Counted from the stretch's first letter, positions 8,507-18,881 are shown. The stretch: DNA of 64,000 nt from Arcobacteraceae bacterium (GCA_963662945.1 OY759974.1:640001-704000), one strand, 5' to 3'. Notes: generated by a model not told the origin, from the letters alone. Numbers and translations are program-made.

Positions 8507-10606
8507 ATGAAATACATCATTAAAAGAGACGGTTCAAAAGAGATATTTCAAGACTATAAAATAGAAGATGCTATTAAAAAAGCTTTTAAAAGTGTCAATA
8601 TATCTTATAACAGAACTATCTTCACTAAAGTTATAGATACTACTGTGGAAAAAAACATTAAAACAGTTGAAGAGATTCAAGACTTAATAGAAAAAACACT
8701 TTTTCAGTATCAATATTTTGATGTAATGAAATCATTTATTACTTATAGGTTTTTACATAAAATGCAACGTGAACATATCTTAGGCCTTGATAAAGATACA
8801 ACTTTTGTCAACTCAAGTGCAAGTGTAGAGGAATATATACATAAAAATGACTGGAGAATAAAAGCAAATGCAAATACTGGCTACTCAAACTCAGGACTAG
8901 TAAATAATCTTGCAGGAAAAGTGATAGCAAACTATTGGCTAGACAAAGTTTATACAAAAGAGGAAGGTTATGCTCATAGAAATGGTGATATTCATATCCA
9001 TGATTTAGATTGTTTAACTGGATATTGTGCTGGTTGGAGTTTAAGACAACTTTTAAATGAAGGGTTTAATGGAGTTCGTGGAAGAGTTGAAAGTGATGCG
9101 CCAAAACATTTTCGTGAAGCTTTGGGACAGATGGCAAACTTTTTGGGAATACTTCAAAGTGAGTGGGCAGGTGCTCAAGCTTTTAGTTCTTTTGATACCT
9201 ATCTTGCTCCTTATATTTTTATGGATGATTTAAGTTATACAGAGATAAAAAAAGCTGTAAGAAGTTTTGTTTACAACCTCAATGTTCCCTCACGTTGGGG
9301 ACAATCTCCTTTTACAAATATCACAATAGACTGGACTGTACCAGATGATTTAAAAGATCAAATACCTACACGATATGATTTCCATCTTTTTAAAAATATC
9401 AATTCTCTTTCTTTAATAGAAAAAGCACATCAAAGAGGAATAAAAAATCTTGAAGATTTAACCTATAAAGATTTTAAACCAGAAATGAATCTAATCAATA
9501 AAGCATACTATGAGATTATGACAGAAGGTGACAAAACAGGACAACCATTTACTTTTCCGATTCCAACAGTAAATATCACTGAAGATTTTGACTGGTATGG
9601 GGAAAACGTCGACATACTCCTAGAAAATAGTGCAAAAATTGGCTCAAGTTATTTTCAAAACTTTATAGGAAGTCAATATATTGTAGATGAAAATGGAGTT
9701 AAAATAGAGAACCTGGAAGCATATAAACCGAATGCTGTACGAAGTATGTGTTGTAGATTGCAACTAGATTTAAGAGAACTTCTAAAAAGAGGAAATGGTC
9801 TGTTTGGCTCAGCTGAAATGACAGGAAGTATTGGAGTTGTTACTCTTAATATGGCAAGAGTTGGGTATCTCTATAAAAATAATAGAATAGAGTTTTTCCA
9901 ACAACTTGAAAGACTTTTAAATATAGCCTATGAAACTTTAGAGAAAAAAAGAGTTGTGATAAATAAACTCTTTTTAGATGGCTTATATCCTTATTCAAAA
10001 CGATATTTAAAAGGATTTAACAATCATTTTTCAACTATAGGAATTAATGGTCTTAATGAAATGATACGAAACTATAGTGATGATACAGATGATATAACTA
10101 CAGATTTTGGAGAAGAATTCTCTTTAGAAATTTTAGATTTTATACGGGGAAAAATCAAATCATTTCAAGAAAAAAGTGGCAACCTCTATAATCTTGAAGC
10201 AACTCCAGCGGAAGGGACAACTTATAGATTTGCAAAAGAGGATAAAAAAAGATATCCAGATATTTTACAAGCAGGATTTGAAGATAAAATATATTATACA
10301 AACTCTTCACAACTCCCAGTTGATTTTACACAAGATCCATTTGAGGCACTTTTAAAACAAGATAAATTTCAAACCAAATATACAGGAGGTACAGTATTGC
10401 ATCTATATATGAATGAAAGATTACATAGCGTTGATTCTACACGAGAGTTTTTAAAAACTGTAATGGAGAATTTTAGATTACCTTATATCACATTAACACC
10501 AATATTTTCAGTATGTCAAAAACATGGATATATCAATGGAGAGCATGAATATTGTCCAAAATGTGACGATGAGATATTACAAAACCACACAAAGGAAGCT
10601 TCATGA
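8507..10606 (+). CDS. nrdD: Class III anaerobic ribonucleoside-triphosphate reductase, large catalytic part (no glycyl-radical loop)
   Basis: N-terminal ATP cone IIKRDG; HIHDL..YCAGW, SMCCRL, EATPAEG, CQKHG..CPKC; ends before any RVxGY motif. Confidence 0.93.
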   Translation: MKYIIKRDGSKEIFQDYKIEDAIKKAFKSVNISYNRTIFTKVIDTTVEKNIKTVEEIQDLIEKTLFQYQYFDVMKSFITYRFLHKMQREHILGLDKDTTFVNSSASVEEYIHKNDWRIKANANTGYSNSGLVNNLAGKVIANYWLDKVYTKEEGYAHRNGDIHIHDLDCLTGYCAGWSLRQLLNEGFNGVRGRVESDAPKHFREALGQMANFLGILQSEWAGAQAFSSFDTYLAPYIFMDDLSYTEIKKAVRSFVYNLNVPSRWGQSPFTNITIDWTVPDDLKDQIPTRYDFHLFKNINSLSLIEKAHQRGIKNLEDLTYKDFKPEMNLINKAYYEIMTEGDKTGQPFTFPIPTVNITEDFDWYGENVDILLENSAKIGSSYFQNFIGSQYIVDENGVKIENLEAYKPNAVRSMCCRLQLDLRELLKRGNGLFGSAEMTGSIGVVTLNMARVGYLYKNNRIEFFQQLERLLNIAYETLEKKRVVINKLFLDGLYPYSKRYLKGFNNHFSTIGINGLNEMIRNYSDDTDDITTDFGEEFSLEILDFIRGKIKSFQEKSGNLYNLEATPAEGTTYRFAKEDKKRYPDILQAGFEDKIYYTNSSQLPVDFTQDPFEALLKQDKFQTKYTGGTVLHLYMNERLHSVDSTREFLKTVMENFRLPYITLTPIFSVCQKHGYINGEHEYCPKCDDEILQNHTKEAS

Positions 10607-10767
10607 ATGATAAAAAAATTTTAGAACAAAACAAAGAAAAAAGAACAAAATGTACTGTTTATACAAGAGTTATGGGCTATCATAGACCAGTTGAAAGTTT
10701 TAATGTAGGAAAATATGCAGAGCATAGAGAAAGAAAATATTTTGTGGAAAACAAAGAAAATATTTAA
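10603..10767 (+). CDS. Stand-alone NrdD glycyl-radical domain (54 aa)
   Basis: Not in ORF track. MNDKKILEQNKEKRTKCTVYTRVMGYHRPVESFNVGKYAEHRERKYFVENKENI*; AAGGAAG RBS and ATGA overlap with the nrdD stop. Confidence 0.9.
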   Translation: MNDKKILEQNKEKRTKCTVYTRVMGYHRPVESFNVGKYAEHRERKYFVENKENI

Positions 10768-11461
10768 CTCTCTTACACCTTTTACACTTTTAGACTTTAA
10801 CTCATATCCATCTGCTATACTTTGGTTTAGTGGTTGTAATATGAGATGTCCATTTTGTTACAATAAAGATATTGTAGAAAATAGAGGAGAATACTCTTTT
10901 AAAGACTTCAGAACATTTTTAAACATACGACAATCTCTTCTTCAAGGGATTGTTTTATGTGGTGGAGAGCCTACAATTCATCCAGAAATTATAGAGATTG
11001 CAAAAGCATTAAAACAGCTAAACTATAAAATCAAACTCGATACAAATGGACTTAATCCAACTGTAATCAAAAAACTAATAGAAGATAATCTTGTTGATTT
11101 TATAGCACTTGACTTTAAAGCACCAAAATCAAAATTTGCTCAAATCACGAAAACTACAGAAAGTCTTTTTCAAAACTTTCTAGATACTTTAGTACTACTT
11201 ATTAGAAGTAATCAAGATTTTGAGGTGCGAACAACTTTTCATGATACTCTTTTAACTACAAATGATATCTATGAGATTTTAAATATATTAGAAAAATACA
11301 ATTACTATAAAACCTACTACATCCAAAACTTTATGAATAGTACTCAAACAATAGGTAATATAACAAATAAAAATCGTATAAATCTTTCCAAAATTATAGA
11401 TGGTTCACTGTACAACTTTAAGATAGAATATAGAAACTTTGATTTAGGTCAAGGTAATTAA
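10715..11461 (+). CDS. nrdG: Anaerobic RNR activating enzyme (radical SAM)
   Basis: GCNMRCPFCYN, GGEPT, LDTNG, EVRTT; exact start uncertain because it overlaps the 54-aa ORF. Confidence 0.9.
   Translation: MQSIEKENILWKTKKIFNSLTPFTLLDFNSYPSAILWFSGCNMRCPFCYNKDIVENRGEYSFKDFRTFLNIRQSLLQGIVLCGGEPTIHPEIIEIAKALKQLNYKIKLDTNGLNPTVIKKLIEDNLVDFIALDFKAPKSKFAQITKTTESLFQNFLDTLVLLIRSNQDFEVRTTFHDTLLTTNDIYEILNILEKYNYYKTYYIQNFMNSTQTIGNITNKNRINLSKIIDGSLYNFKIEYRNFDLGQGN
11439..11452 (+). promoter_or_regulatory. Crp/Fnr-family operator (TTGATttagGTCAA) for moeA, embedded in the nrdG 3' end
   Basis: Consensus match; TACACT at 11474-11479 is 21 nt downstream. Confidence 0.7.
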
Positions 11462-11504
11462 TCTCAATTAAGATACACTTATCTTATATTTTACGGAGAT
11501 TAAA

Positions 11505-12722
11505 ATGGGAATTTGTATAAAAAAAGCTTTGGATATTATCTTAGCAAATGTAAAAAAGGTATCTTATGAGATATTACCTATAGAAGATGCAAAAGATAGA
11601 ATTAGTGCAGATACTATCTATGCTACACATAGTTTACCAACTTTCAATAACTCCGCAATGGATGGATATGGGGTAAAGCTCAAAAATACTAGTCAAAAAG
11701 TAAAAGTAATAGACACTATCCTAGCAGGAAATGATAAACAAACCAATATCAATGATGGTGAAGTTATTAAAATTATGACAGGAGCAAGAGTACCTTCAAG
11801 CATAGAAGCGGTTGTCCCTCAAGAATGTGTAGAAATCGTAGATGAAAATTATATTGTTTTACCACCAGATATAAAAAAGAATCAACATTTAAGATTTATA
11901 GGTGAAGATATTAATAAAGGGGAACTGTTATTAAGTGATGGAGATGAGATTAATTATGCTACAGTTACCATATTGGCATCGCAAGGTGTTACACATATCA
12001 AAGTATATAGACAACCAAAAATATCTGTTTTTACCAGTGGAGAAGAGTTAAAACTACACTATGAGAAAATAGAAGATTATCAGATATATAACTCCAATAC
12101 TCCAACACTACTTGCCCGTGCAAAAGAACTAGGTGCAGATGTAACATTTGTAGGTATGGCACAAGATACAATTGAGTCACTTAAAGAGATGATAGAAAAC
12201 TCTTTGTATGCAGATTTTATTATCACAAGTGGAGGTATTAGCGTAGGTGAAGCTGATTTTACACAAGAAGCTTTTGAACATTTTAATATGGAGATACTTT
12301 TTGATGGTATAACTATAAAACCGGGTAAACCTACTCTTTTTGGCAAAATTGGTAAAACTTATATATTAAATCTTCCAGGAAATCCATTAGCAGCTGCTTT
12401 AATCTTTGAAGCTTTTGGAAAAATTATTTTACAAAAACTTAGTGGAAATAAAAATATATATCATAACTATATTGAGACAAAAATATCAGAAGATTTAAAA
12501 AATAAAAAAGGGAGAACAACCATAATTCCAGGTTTTTTTAATGGAAGATATTTTACCCCTGCTCAAAAAAGACTCCCTGGAATGGTTGGTGTTTTACACA
12601 ATTGTAACAGTATGATTGTTTTAGGTAAAAACAATGAATATATTCAAAAAGAAAGTACAGTAAAAGTATTGCCAATAAATTGGAAGTTTTTTACAGATAC
12701 GCAACTAGATTTTTTTAATTAA
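11505..12722 (+). CDS. moeA: Molybdopterin molybdenumtransferase
   Basis: NSAMDGYG, IMTGA, SGGISVGEAD, KPGKP, LPGNP motifs; GGAG RBS. Confidence 0.95.
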   Translation: MGICIKKALDIILANVKKVSYEILPIEDAKDRISADTIYATHSLPTFNNSAMDGYGVKLKNTSQKVKVIDTILAGNDKQTNINDGEVIKIMTGARVPSSIEAVVPQECVEIVDENYIVLPPDIKKNQHLRFIGEDINKGELLLSDGDEINYATVTILASQGVTHIKVYRQPKISVFTSGEELKLHYEKIEDYQIYNSNTPTLLARAKELGADVTFVGMAQDTIESLKEMIENSLYADFIITSGGISVGEADFTQEAFEHFNMEILFDGITIKPGKPTLFGKIGKTYILNLPGNPLAAALIFEAFGKIILQKLSGNKNIYHNYIETKISEDLKNKKGRTTIIPGFFNGRYFTPAQKRLPGMVGVLHNCNSMIVLGKNNEYIQKESTVKVLPINWKFFTDTQLDFFN

Positions 12723-12762
12723 ACTATCTACAATAGTAAAATTGTTCCATATTTTGATGATA

Positions 12763-14286
12763 TTATCTATTTAGAGTTGATTTGTTAGTCTTAATTTCAA
12801 TTAAAAAACAAGCTCCTTTATATTTTTGTTCATTTAATTCAAATTCTTCATTGTAAACTTTTATATTAAATTTATGACGGTCATGTAATATCTTATAAGC
12901 CATAGTAAGACCTATTCCTGTACCAATTAATTGATGTTTTGTCGTAAAATATGGTTCAAATATTCTTTCTATTGCATCAGAATTAATACCTCCACCACTA
13001 TCTAATATTTTAAGTTCTAAAAATTCATCATTGTGTTTTTGAGTCGATATTACAATAAATCTAGTTGAATGTTGTTCTATATTTTCTTTTAGAGAATCTT
13101 TCGCGTTATTTAAAATATTAATTAAAGCTTGAATGAGTTCATTTTTATTTCCATAAATTACAATATCATCTTGCACATCACTTATCAATGTAATAAAACT
13201 ACTTTTTAAAGAAGCATCAATTAAGTTTATTGTCTCATTGATAACTTCTTTCATACTAATATTTGTACACTCTGTATCACCTTTGATAAAATTTCTAAAA
13301 TCATCTATTGTTTTTGAAAGGTAGGTAGTTTGTTGAACAATAAGATCCATCTCTGTTTTAAATTTTTCTTCATCTAATATGCCAAATTCATGTTCTAACT
13401 TTGCTCCACTTGCCGCTGTGGATATAATAGAAAGAGGTTGCCTCCATTGGTGTGCAATATTTCCTATCATTTGTCCCATAGAAACTAACCTTAACTCTTC
13501 TTCCCTTAACTTTAAAGAAGTTACATCTTTTGTTACAACTAAAAACCTTTTTTCATCTGGTAATAAAGAAACACTCATATTTGTTTTTATTCTCTGTTGG
13601 TTTTTAACTACACATGTTTTTTCAAAATTCTCTAAAGGAATTCCCTCCCTAACAGATTTTAATGCTGCTAAACTTTTTTGCCTATCCTCAGGTGCTGTAA
13701 GTTCTAAACAAGATTTTCCCAATAATTCTTCTTTTGTAAAACCTGTCATTTCTAAATATGCATCATTAAATTTTAAAAAATTTGATTCTAAATCTAAAAT
13801 AGCAATACCATCTTTGGAATATTGAAAAATTGTTTCAAACTCTTTTTTACTTTTTTCTAGTTCCGTCATTTTTGAATGTAAAATTTCAACATTGTCTGCC
13901 AATGATTTTTGTAGTTCATCAATTTTTAAATGTGTATACACTCTTCCTAGTAATTCTTCTTTAGAAAAAGGTTTAGAAATATAATCTACTGCACCACAAT
14001 TAAAACCTGTCGCTATACTTTGAGGATCATTTTTTGAAGTTAAAAAAATAAATGAAATATCTGCTGTATTTTTAGTATGAGTTAAATATTTTGCTACTTC
14101 ATATCCATTCATTTCTGGCATCATAACATCTAATAAAATTAAATTTGGCTTTTCTTTAGCAATCATTTCTAAAGCAATTTTTCCACTTGTTGCAATTCTA
14201 ATTTGATAGAGTTCTCCTAATATACCAGCCGCAATATTTATATTTATTGGTTCATCATCTACAATTAAGATACTTTTTTTATTCAT
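12763..14286 (-). CDS. Hybrid REC-PAS-histidine kinase
   Basis: IVDDE..LDVMMP..KP; PAS segment; IAHQWRQPL; DSGGGI and GTGIGL. Confidence 0.9.
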   Translation of the reverse strand: MNKKSILIVDDEPININIAAGILGELYQIRIATSGKIALEMIAKEKPNLILLDVMMPEMNGYEVAKYLTHTKNTADISFIFLTSKNDPQSIATGFNCGAVDYISKPFSKEELLGRVYTHLKIDELQKSLADNVEILHSKMTELEKSKKEFETIFQYSKDGIAILDLESNFLKFNDAYLEMTGFTKEELLGKSCLELTAPEDRQKSLAALKSVREGIPLENFEKTCVVKNQQRIKTNMSVSLLPDEKRFLVVTKDVTSLKLREEELRLVSMGQMIGNIAHQWRQPLSIISTAASGAKLEHEFGILDEEKFKTEMDLIVQQTTYLSKTIDDFRNFIKGDTECTNISMKEVINETINLIDASLKSSFITLISDVQDDIVIYGNKNELIQALINILNNAKDSLKENIEQHSTRFIVISTQKHNDEFLELKILDSGGGINSDAIERIFEPYFTTKHQLIGTGIGLTMAYKILHDRHKFNIKVYNEEFELNEQKYKGACFLIEIKTNKSTLNR

Positions 14287-17200
14287 TTTAAATCTTTTTC
14301 TATTCTTTTTAATATTATTATTGCATTTTTATAGTCGAAATGTAATAAATAATTTTCCAATTCCTGTGCTGTTTCTTCATTAATAAACATTTTAACTTGA
14401 TCTACTATATTGTGTACTTTCTCTTGAGATATGAAATTTCCTATCTCTATATCTTTTCCTAAATTATCAATAATATTTAATAATTCCTGTTTTGTATAAG
14501 TATACATTGCTGAACTATTTTTCAACTTTGGAACAATATTTCTCTTTATGGTGTCAAGTGCTGATTGCAAACTTTTTTTCAGTAATGGTACTAATTTTTC
14601 TTTATCACTTATTTTTTTACTTGTATAAATCTCTGAACTATATTTAAAAACATCCTGTAAAGATAAATTTCCACTAACCCCTTTTAAATTATGCATTAAG
14701 GAATCAAATTCATTGGAATGAATATCTAATGCTTCTATTTTTTCTATTATATCACTATTATTTTTTAAAAAATCTACCAACACTTCATAAGCTAATTCTT
14801 CATCATTATCAAGCCTATCAAAGAGTTCTTTTAAATCTATACTGGTAATATTTTCTTCAATATTTTTAGTTTTTTCTGTTTCAATAATAGTTAAATCAAT
14901 ATTCAAATACTCTATTAAAATACTTTTTAATTCTTCTAAATTAATAGGTTTTGCAAGATGTTGATTCATACCTTTATTCCGCGTTAATTGAAGTTCTTCT
15001 TTCATTACAGCAGCACTTAATGCTATAATAGGAACATCTTCATTAAACTCTCTTATTCTTGAACTTGCTTCATATCCATCCATAACTGGCATTTGTAAAT
15101 CCATAAAAATAATATCATAATTATTCTCTTTTGCCTTTTCAACAGCGATTTTACCATTGATTGCACAAGTTACTTCCAATCCAAAACTCTCTAAGTTCTT
15201 TTTTGCTACTAATTGATTTATCTCGTTATCTTCTACAAGAAGAACTTTTTTTGAAATCATAAGATTTCCTATATCTATACTTTTGTTCTCTTCCATTAAT
15301 TCTACATTTTGAGAATATTTAAATGAAAGTGTAAAACTAAATTCACTCCCTTTCCCTTCTTCACTTTTAAGTGTAATATCTCCACCCATAAGTTCAACAA
15401 GTTGTTTGGAAATCACGAGCCCTAAGCCTGTTCCCCCATATTCTCTTGTATTTGAAGCATCTGCTTGCGAAAATGATTGAAATAAACCTTTTTGTTTCTC
15501 ACTTGAAATACCAATTCCAGTATCATGAATAGAAAAATACACATCTACATACTCTGAATTTTTTGCCAGTACTTTTATATCTAGATAAACATACCCTTTT
15601 GGAGTAAACTTAATTGCATTACCCACTAGATTGGTTAACACTTGTTTAATTCTAAATTCATCTCCAATAAGTGCATATGGGAAATCATCTATATCATATT
15701 CAAGTACAATATTTTTCTCTTTTGCATTGTATCCAAATAAGTCATTTATGTATTCTGCAATTGAATGAATATAAAATGGCAACTCCTCTAAATCTAGCTT
15801 GTTTGCTTCTATTTTAGAATAATCTAAGATATCATTTATTATTCCTAACAATGTCTTTGAAGATATTATTGATTTTTTTAAATAATCTCTTTGCATATCA
15901 TCTAGTTTTGTTTCTAAAACTAAATTTGTCAATCCAATAATACCATTTAATGGTGTTCTTATTTCGTGACTCATATTTGCCAAAAATGCAGATTTTGTGC
16001 TCAATGCTTTTTCTGCAATCTCTTTTGCTACAATCAATTCTTTTTCTTTTTCTTTAATAAAAGTACTATTGTAATTTGTTCCATAAGCCTTCAAGGCCCT
16101 ACCATTTTCGTCATATTCCACAAAATAATCTACAATAAGATAAACAACCTTACCATCTTTTCTCATTACTTCATACTCAAAACGACCACTGAAAGAACTA
16201 CTATGTTTTTCTAATAAAGATAACTCTTCTTGAATAATGTTATAAGACTCTTTATTAGGTACAAATCTTTTTAAATACTCATCAAGATGAATAGTGTCAC
16301 CACCTTCATCTTCACTTTTTGTACCTAATATTTTAAATGATAATTCATCTAAATGCAGCATCATAGAGTTTAAATCTATTTCCCAAAATGACATTCCTGA
16401 TAAATCAGCAGATGACTCAATCTGGTGACTTCTTTTAACTAGTTGTTCCTCAATAATTCTTTGTTTTGTAATATCAATTCCAACGGTAATAATATACTTC
16501 ATTTTACCATTATCATCTTTTACAAGAGCATTTGACCACTCAAACATTCTTTCTTGATGAAATCGAGACACCCAAGCATTTTGAAAACTTTGAATAATAT
16601 TTCCTTTTTTAGCATTTTCAATAATATCCATAACCTTATCTTGTACTGCACCTGGGAGAAATCTTGCCCAAAAAAATGGTTTTTTTGAAATCTCTTCTTG
16701 AGTATATCCAACAAAATCAGTCCCATACTTATTTATACGTATCATTACACCATTATGATCTATGAGTGCAATAATAGCATTTGTCCTATCAAGAATGTTT
16801 TCTAAAAAGTTTTTCTCAAAAAGAAGTTCTTCATCTAATCTTTTTTTCTCTGTAATATCACTTTGAATTCCAATAAATCTTTGTAACTTATGATTTTCAT
16901 CAAATACAGGCGTCACAGATAGACGATTCCAAAAAGAAGTTCCATCCTTTTTATAATTTAAAATTTCACACTCAAATGGCACCTGATCGACTATATTCTT
17001 TTTAATAAATTCAATAGTTTCTTTATCTGTACCTTCTCCCTGTAGAAGTTTTGGATTTTGACCATAAATATACTTTTGTGTATAGCCTGTAAAGTTTTCA
17101 AATGCTTTGTTAGCGTAGATTACATTTATATTAGTGTCAGTAATTAATATACCTTGAGTAACTTTTTCTAATAATTTATCTTGAAGTAACAAAATTTCAT

Positions 17201-18194
17201 TTCTTCTTTTAATAAGCAATGCAATTAAAATACTACTTAGAAAACCTAAAATAACAACCAATGCAATAGTTCGACCTATTGCATTTATATCCGAAAAAGA
17301 TTCTAATGCTACAATTTCAAAAGTCCATTGGTGCCCATCTAAATCTAATCTCTTTACCATTTTCATAGAATCAAATAACTGTTCACCTTTATTTGAATTA
17401 AATAATAAATTTTTTTCATCTATTTTATGACCATCATATACTTTTAATTGTACTAATTTTAAAGATTCTTCCACTACACCTATCATAAAATCTTTTGTAC
17501 GAAAAGGTGCGTATACAAAACCTTGTATTGCATTAAAACGTTGTTTTGATGTATATAATGGCATATTTTGCTTATATAATGGTAAATACAGTAAAAAGCC
17601 AGACTGTTCATCTTCTCCATTTTCTTGTACGAGTCTGACTTTTCCACTAAGAGATAACAAACCTGTTTCTATAGCATTGTCCATAGCTTTTCTTCGGACT
17701 GATTCTGAATACATGTCATAACCAAAGGCTCTTTGATTTCTCCAGTCAAAAGGTTCAAGATAAATTATTGAAGTATAAAATTCTCTTTTTCCCATTGGGT
17801 ATAGTTTATATGTATCAAATCCTTCTGATTGAATATTTTTAGTATGTTCTTCAATCTCACTTTCTTGTAAAACTACACTGTATCCAACACCCTGAATTCC
17901 TGGGTAATACTTCTTTATTTGAAGTTCATCAATAAAATTTTTCCATTTTTTTCGACTAACATCACCATCAGATACTTTAAATAAAGCTCGACCTCCATAT
18001 AAAACTTCTCGATAAGTATCCATCCTATTTTTTATATGATAAATGATATCTCCAGCAATAAATTCAAATCGTAACTTTTCTTTTTCTTCATTTATTTTAA
18101 AACTATGGTAACCAATATATATACTCATAATAATACCAAACAAAAGTACCAAAAATGGTGCCCTATACATTATTTTGCCCATACTGTATTTCAA
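14283..18194 (-). CDS. CHASE/multi-PAS hybrid sensor kinase with REC and HPt domains
   Basis: CHASE (YLEPFDWRNQRAFGYDM), PAS/PAC repeats (NYKKDGTSFWN), FLANMSHEIRTPL, GGTGLGL, MDLQMP, HNLKGVSGNL. Confidence 0.92.
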   Translation of the reverse strand: MKYSMGKIMYRAPFLVLLFGIIMSIYIGYHSFKINEEKEKLRFEFIAGDIIYHIKNRMDTYREVLYGGRALFKVSDGDVSRKKWKNFIDELQIKKYYPGIQGVGYSVVLQESEIEEHTKNIQSEGFDTYKLYPMGKREFYTSIIYLEPFDWRNQRAFGYDMYSESVRRKAMDNAIETGLLSLSGKVRLVQENGEDEQSGFLLYLPLYKQNMPLYTSKQRFNAIQGFVYAPFRTKDFMIGVVEESLKLVQLKVYDGHKIDEKNLLFNSNKGEQLFDSMKMVKRLDLDGHQWTFEIVALESFSDINAIGRTIALVVILGFLSSILIALLIKRRNEILLLQDKLLEKVTQGILITDTNINVIYANKAFENFTGYTQKYIYGQNPKLLQGEGTDKETIEFIKKNIVDQVPFECEILNYKKDGTSFWNRLSVTPVFDENHKLQRFIGIQSDITEKKRLDEELLFEKNFLENILDRTNAIIALIDHNGVMIRINKYGTDFVGYTQEEISKKPFFWARFLPGAVQDKVMDIIENAKKGNIIQSFQNAWVSRFHQERMFEWSNALVKDDNGKMKYIITVGIDITKQRIIEEQLVKRSHQIESSADLSGMSFWEIDLNSMMLHLDELSFKILGTKSEDEGGDTIHLDEYLKRFVPNKESYNIIQEELSLLEKHSSSFSGRFEYEVMRKDGKVVYLIVDYFVEYDENGRALKAYGTNYNSTFIKEKEKELIVAKEIAEKALSTKSAFLANMSHEIRTPLNGIIGLTNLVLETKLDDMQRDYLKKSIISSKTLLGIINDILDYSKIEANKLDLEELPFYIHSIAEYINDLFGYNAKEKNIVLEYDIDDFPYALIGDEFRIKQVLTNLVGNAIKFTPKGYVYLDIKVLAKNSEYVDVYFSIHDTGIGISSEKQKGLFQSFSQADASNTREYGGTGLGLVISKQLVELMGGDITLKSEEGKGSEFSFTLSFKYSQNVELMEENKSIDIGNLMISKKVLLVEDNEINQLVAKKNLESFGLEVTCAINGKIAVEKAKENNYDIIFMDLQMPVMDGYEASSRIREFNEDVPIIALSAAVMKEELQLTRNKGMNQHLAKPINLEELKSILIEYLNIDLTIIETEKTKNIEENITSIDLKELFDRLDNDEELAYEVLVDFLKNNSDIIEKIEALDIHSNEFDSLMHNLKGVSGNLSLQDVFKYSSEIYTSKKISDKEKLVPLLKKSLQSALDTIKRNIVPKLKNSSAMYTYTKQELLNIIDNLGKDIEIGNFISQEKVHNIVDQVKMFINEETAQELENYLLHFDYKNAIIILKRIEKDLK

Positions 18195-18362
18195 ATCTAT
18201 TATCCTTTGAATTATACTTTTTTTGTAAAAAAATATATAATAATATTATTATTGTATCATATGAGAACTTTATAGTTTCCATCTGAAGAAATTGATAATA
18301 ATCATTTAAAATCTAAGCAAATATAATGTAGAATGGTACAAAAATAAAGGAATATAATAAGA

Positions 18363-18881
18363 ATGAAATTCTTAATCATCGTACTCTGCTTCATTGTAAC
18401 ATCATACGCTAATAACTTAAAAGATATTAACAGTTTTGAAGCATCTTTTAAACAATCTATCATCAATAGTTCTAATAAAGAGATCATATATACAGGAAAA
18501 ATATATATTAAAAAACCTCTAAAAATTTTATGGCAATATAATGAACCAACAGAAAAATTTGTTTATATCACAAGTGACCAAGTAACTATTGTTGAACCAG
18601 AATTAGAACAAGTAATTATCTCAAAACTGGATAAAGAATTTAATATTTTGGAACTTTTGAATAATGCAACAAAAATTTCATCTTCTCAGTATCTTGCTAC
18701 TTTTAATAATATTCAATACAATCTAACTATCATAGATAATAAACTACAACAAATAAGCTATAAAGATATTATAGACAATGATATATTTATCACTTTTTCT
18801 CATGTTTTGCAAAATCAAATAATTCCAGATAAAATCTTCGCATTTCAAATCCCAAAAGAGTATGATATTATTAGAAAATAA
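18363..18881 (+). CDS. lolA: Outer-membrane lipoprotein carrier protein
   Basis: Signal peptide; FEASFKQ, YTGKIYIKKP..WQY..P, EPELEQV, F.F.IP..YDII pattern. Confidence 0.85.
   Translation: MKFLIIVLCFIVTSYANNLKDINSFEASFKQSIINSSNKEIIYTGKIYIKKPLKILWQYNEPTEKFVYITSDQVTIVEPELEQVIISKLDKEFNILELLNNATKISSSQYLATFNNIQYNLTIIDNKLQQISYKDIIDNDIFITFSHVLQNQIIPDKIFAFQIPKEYDIIRK

Noticed and set aside
18302-18487. 61-aa minus-strand ORF
   Set aside because: Antisense shadow of lolA and its promoter
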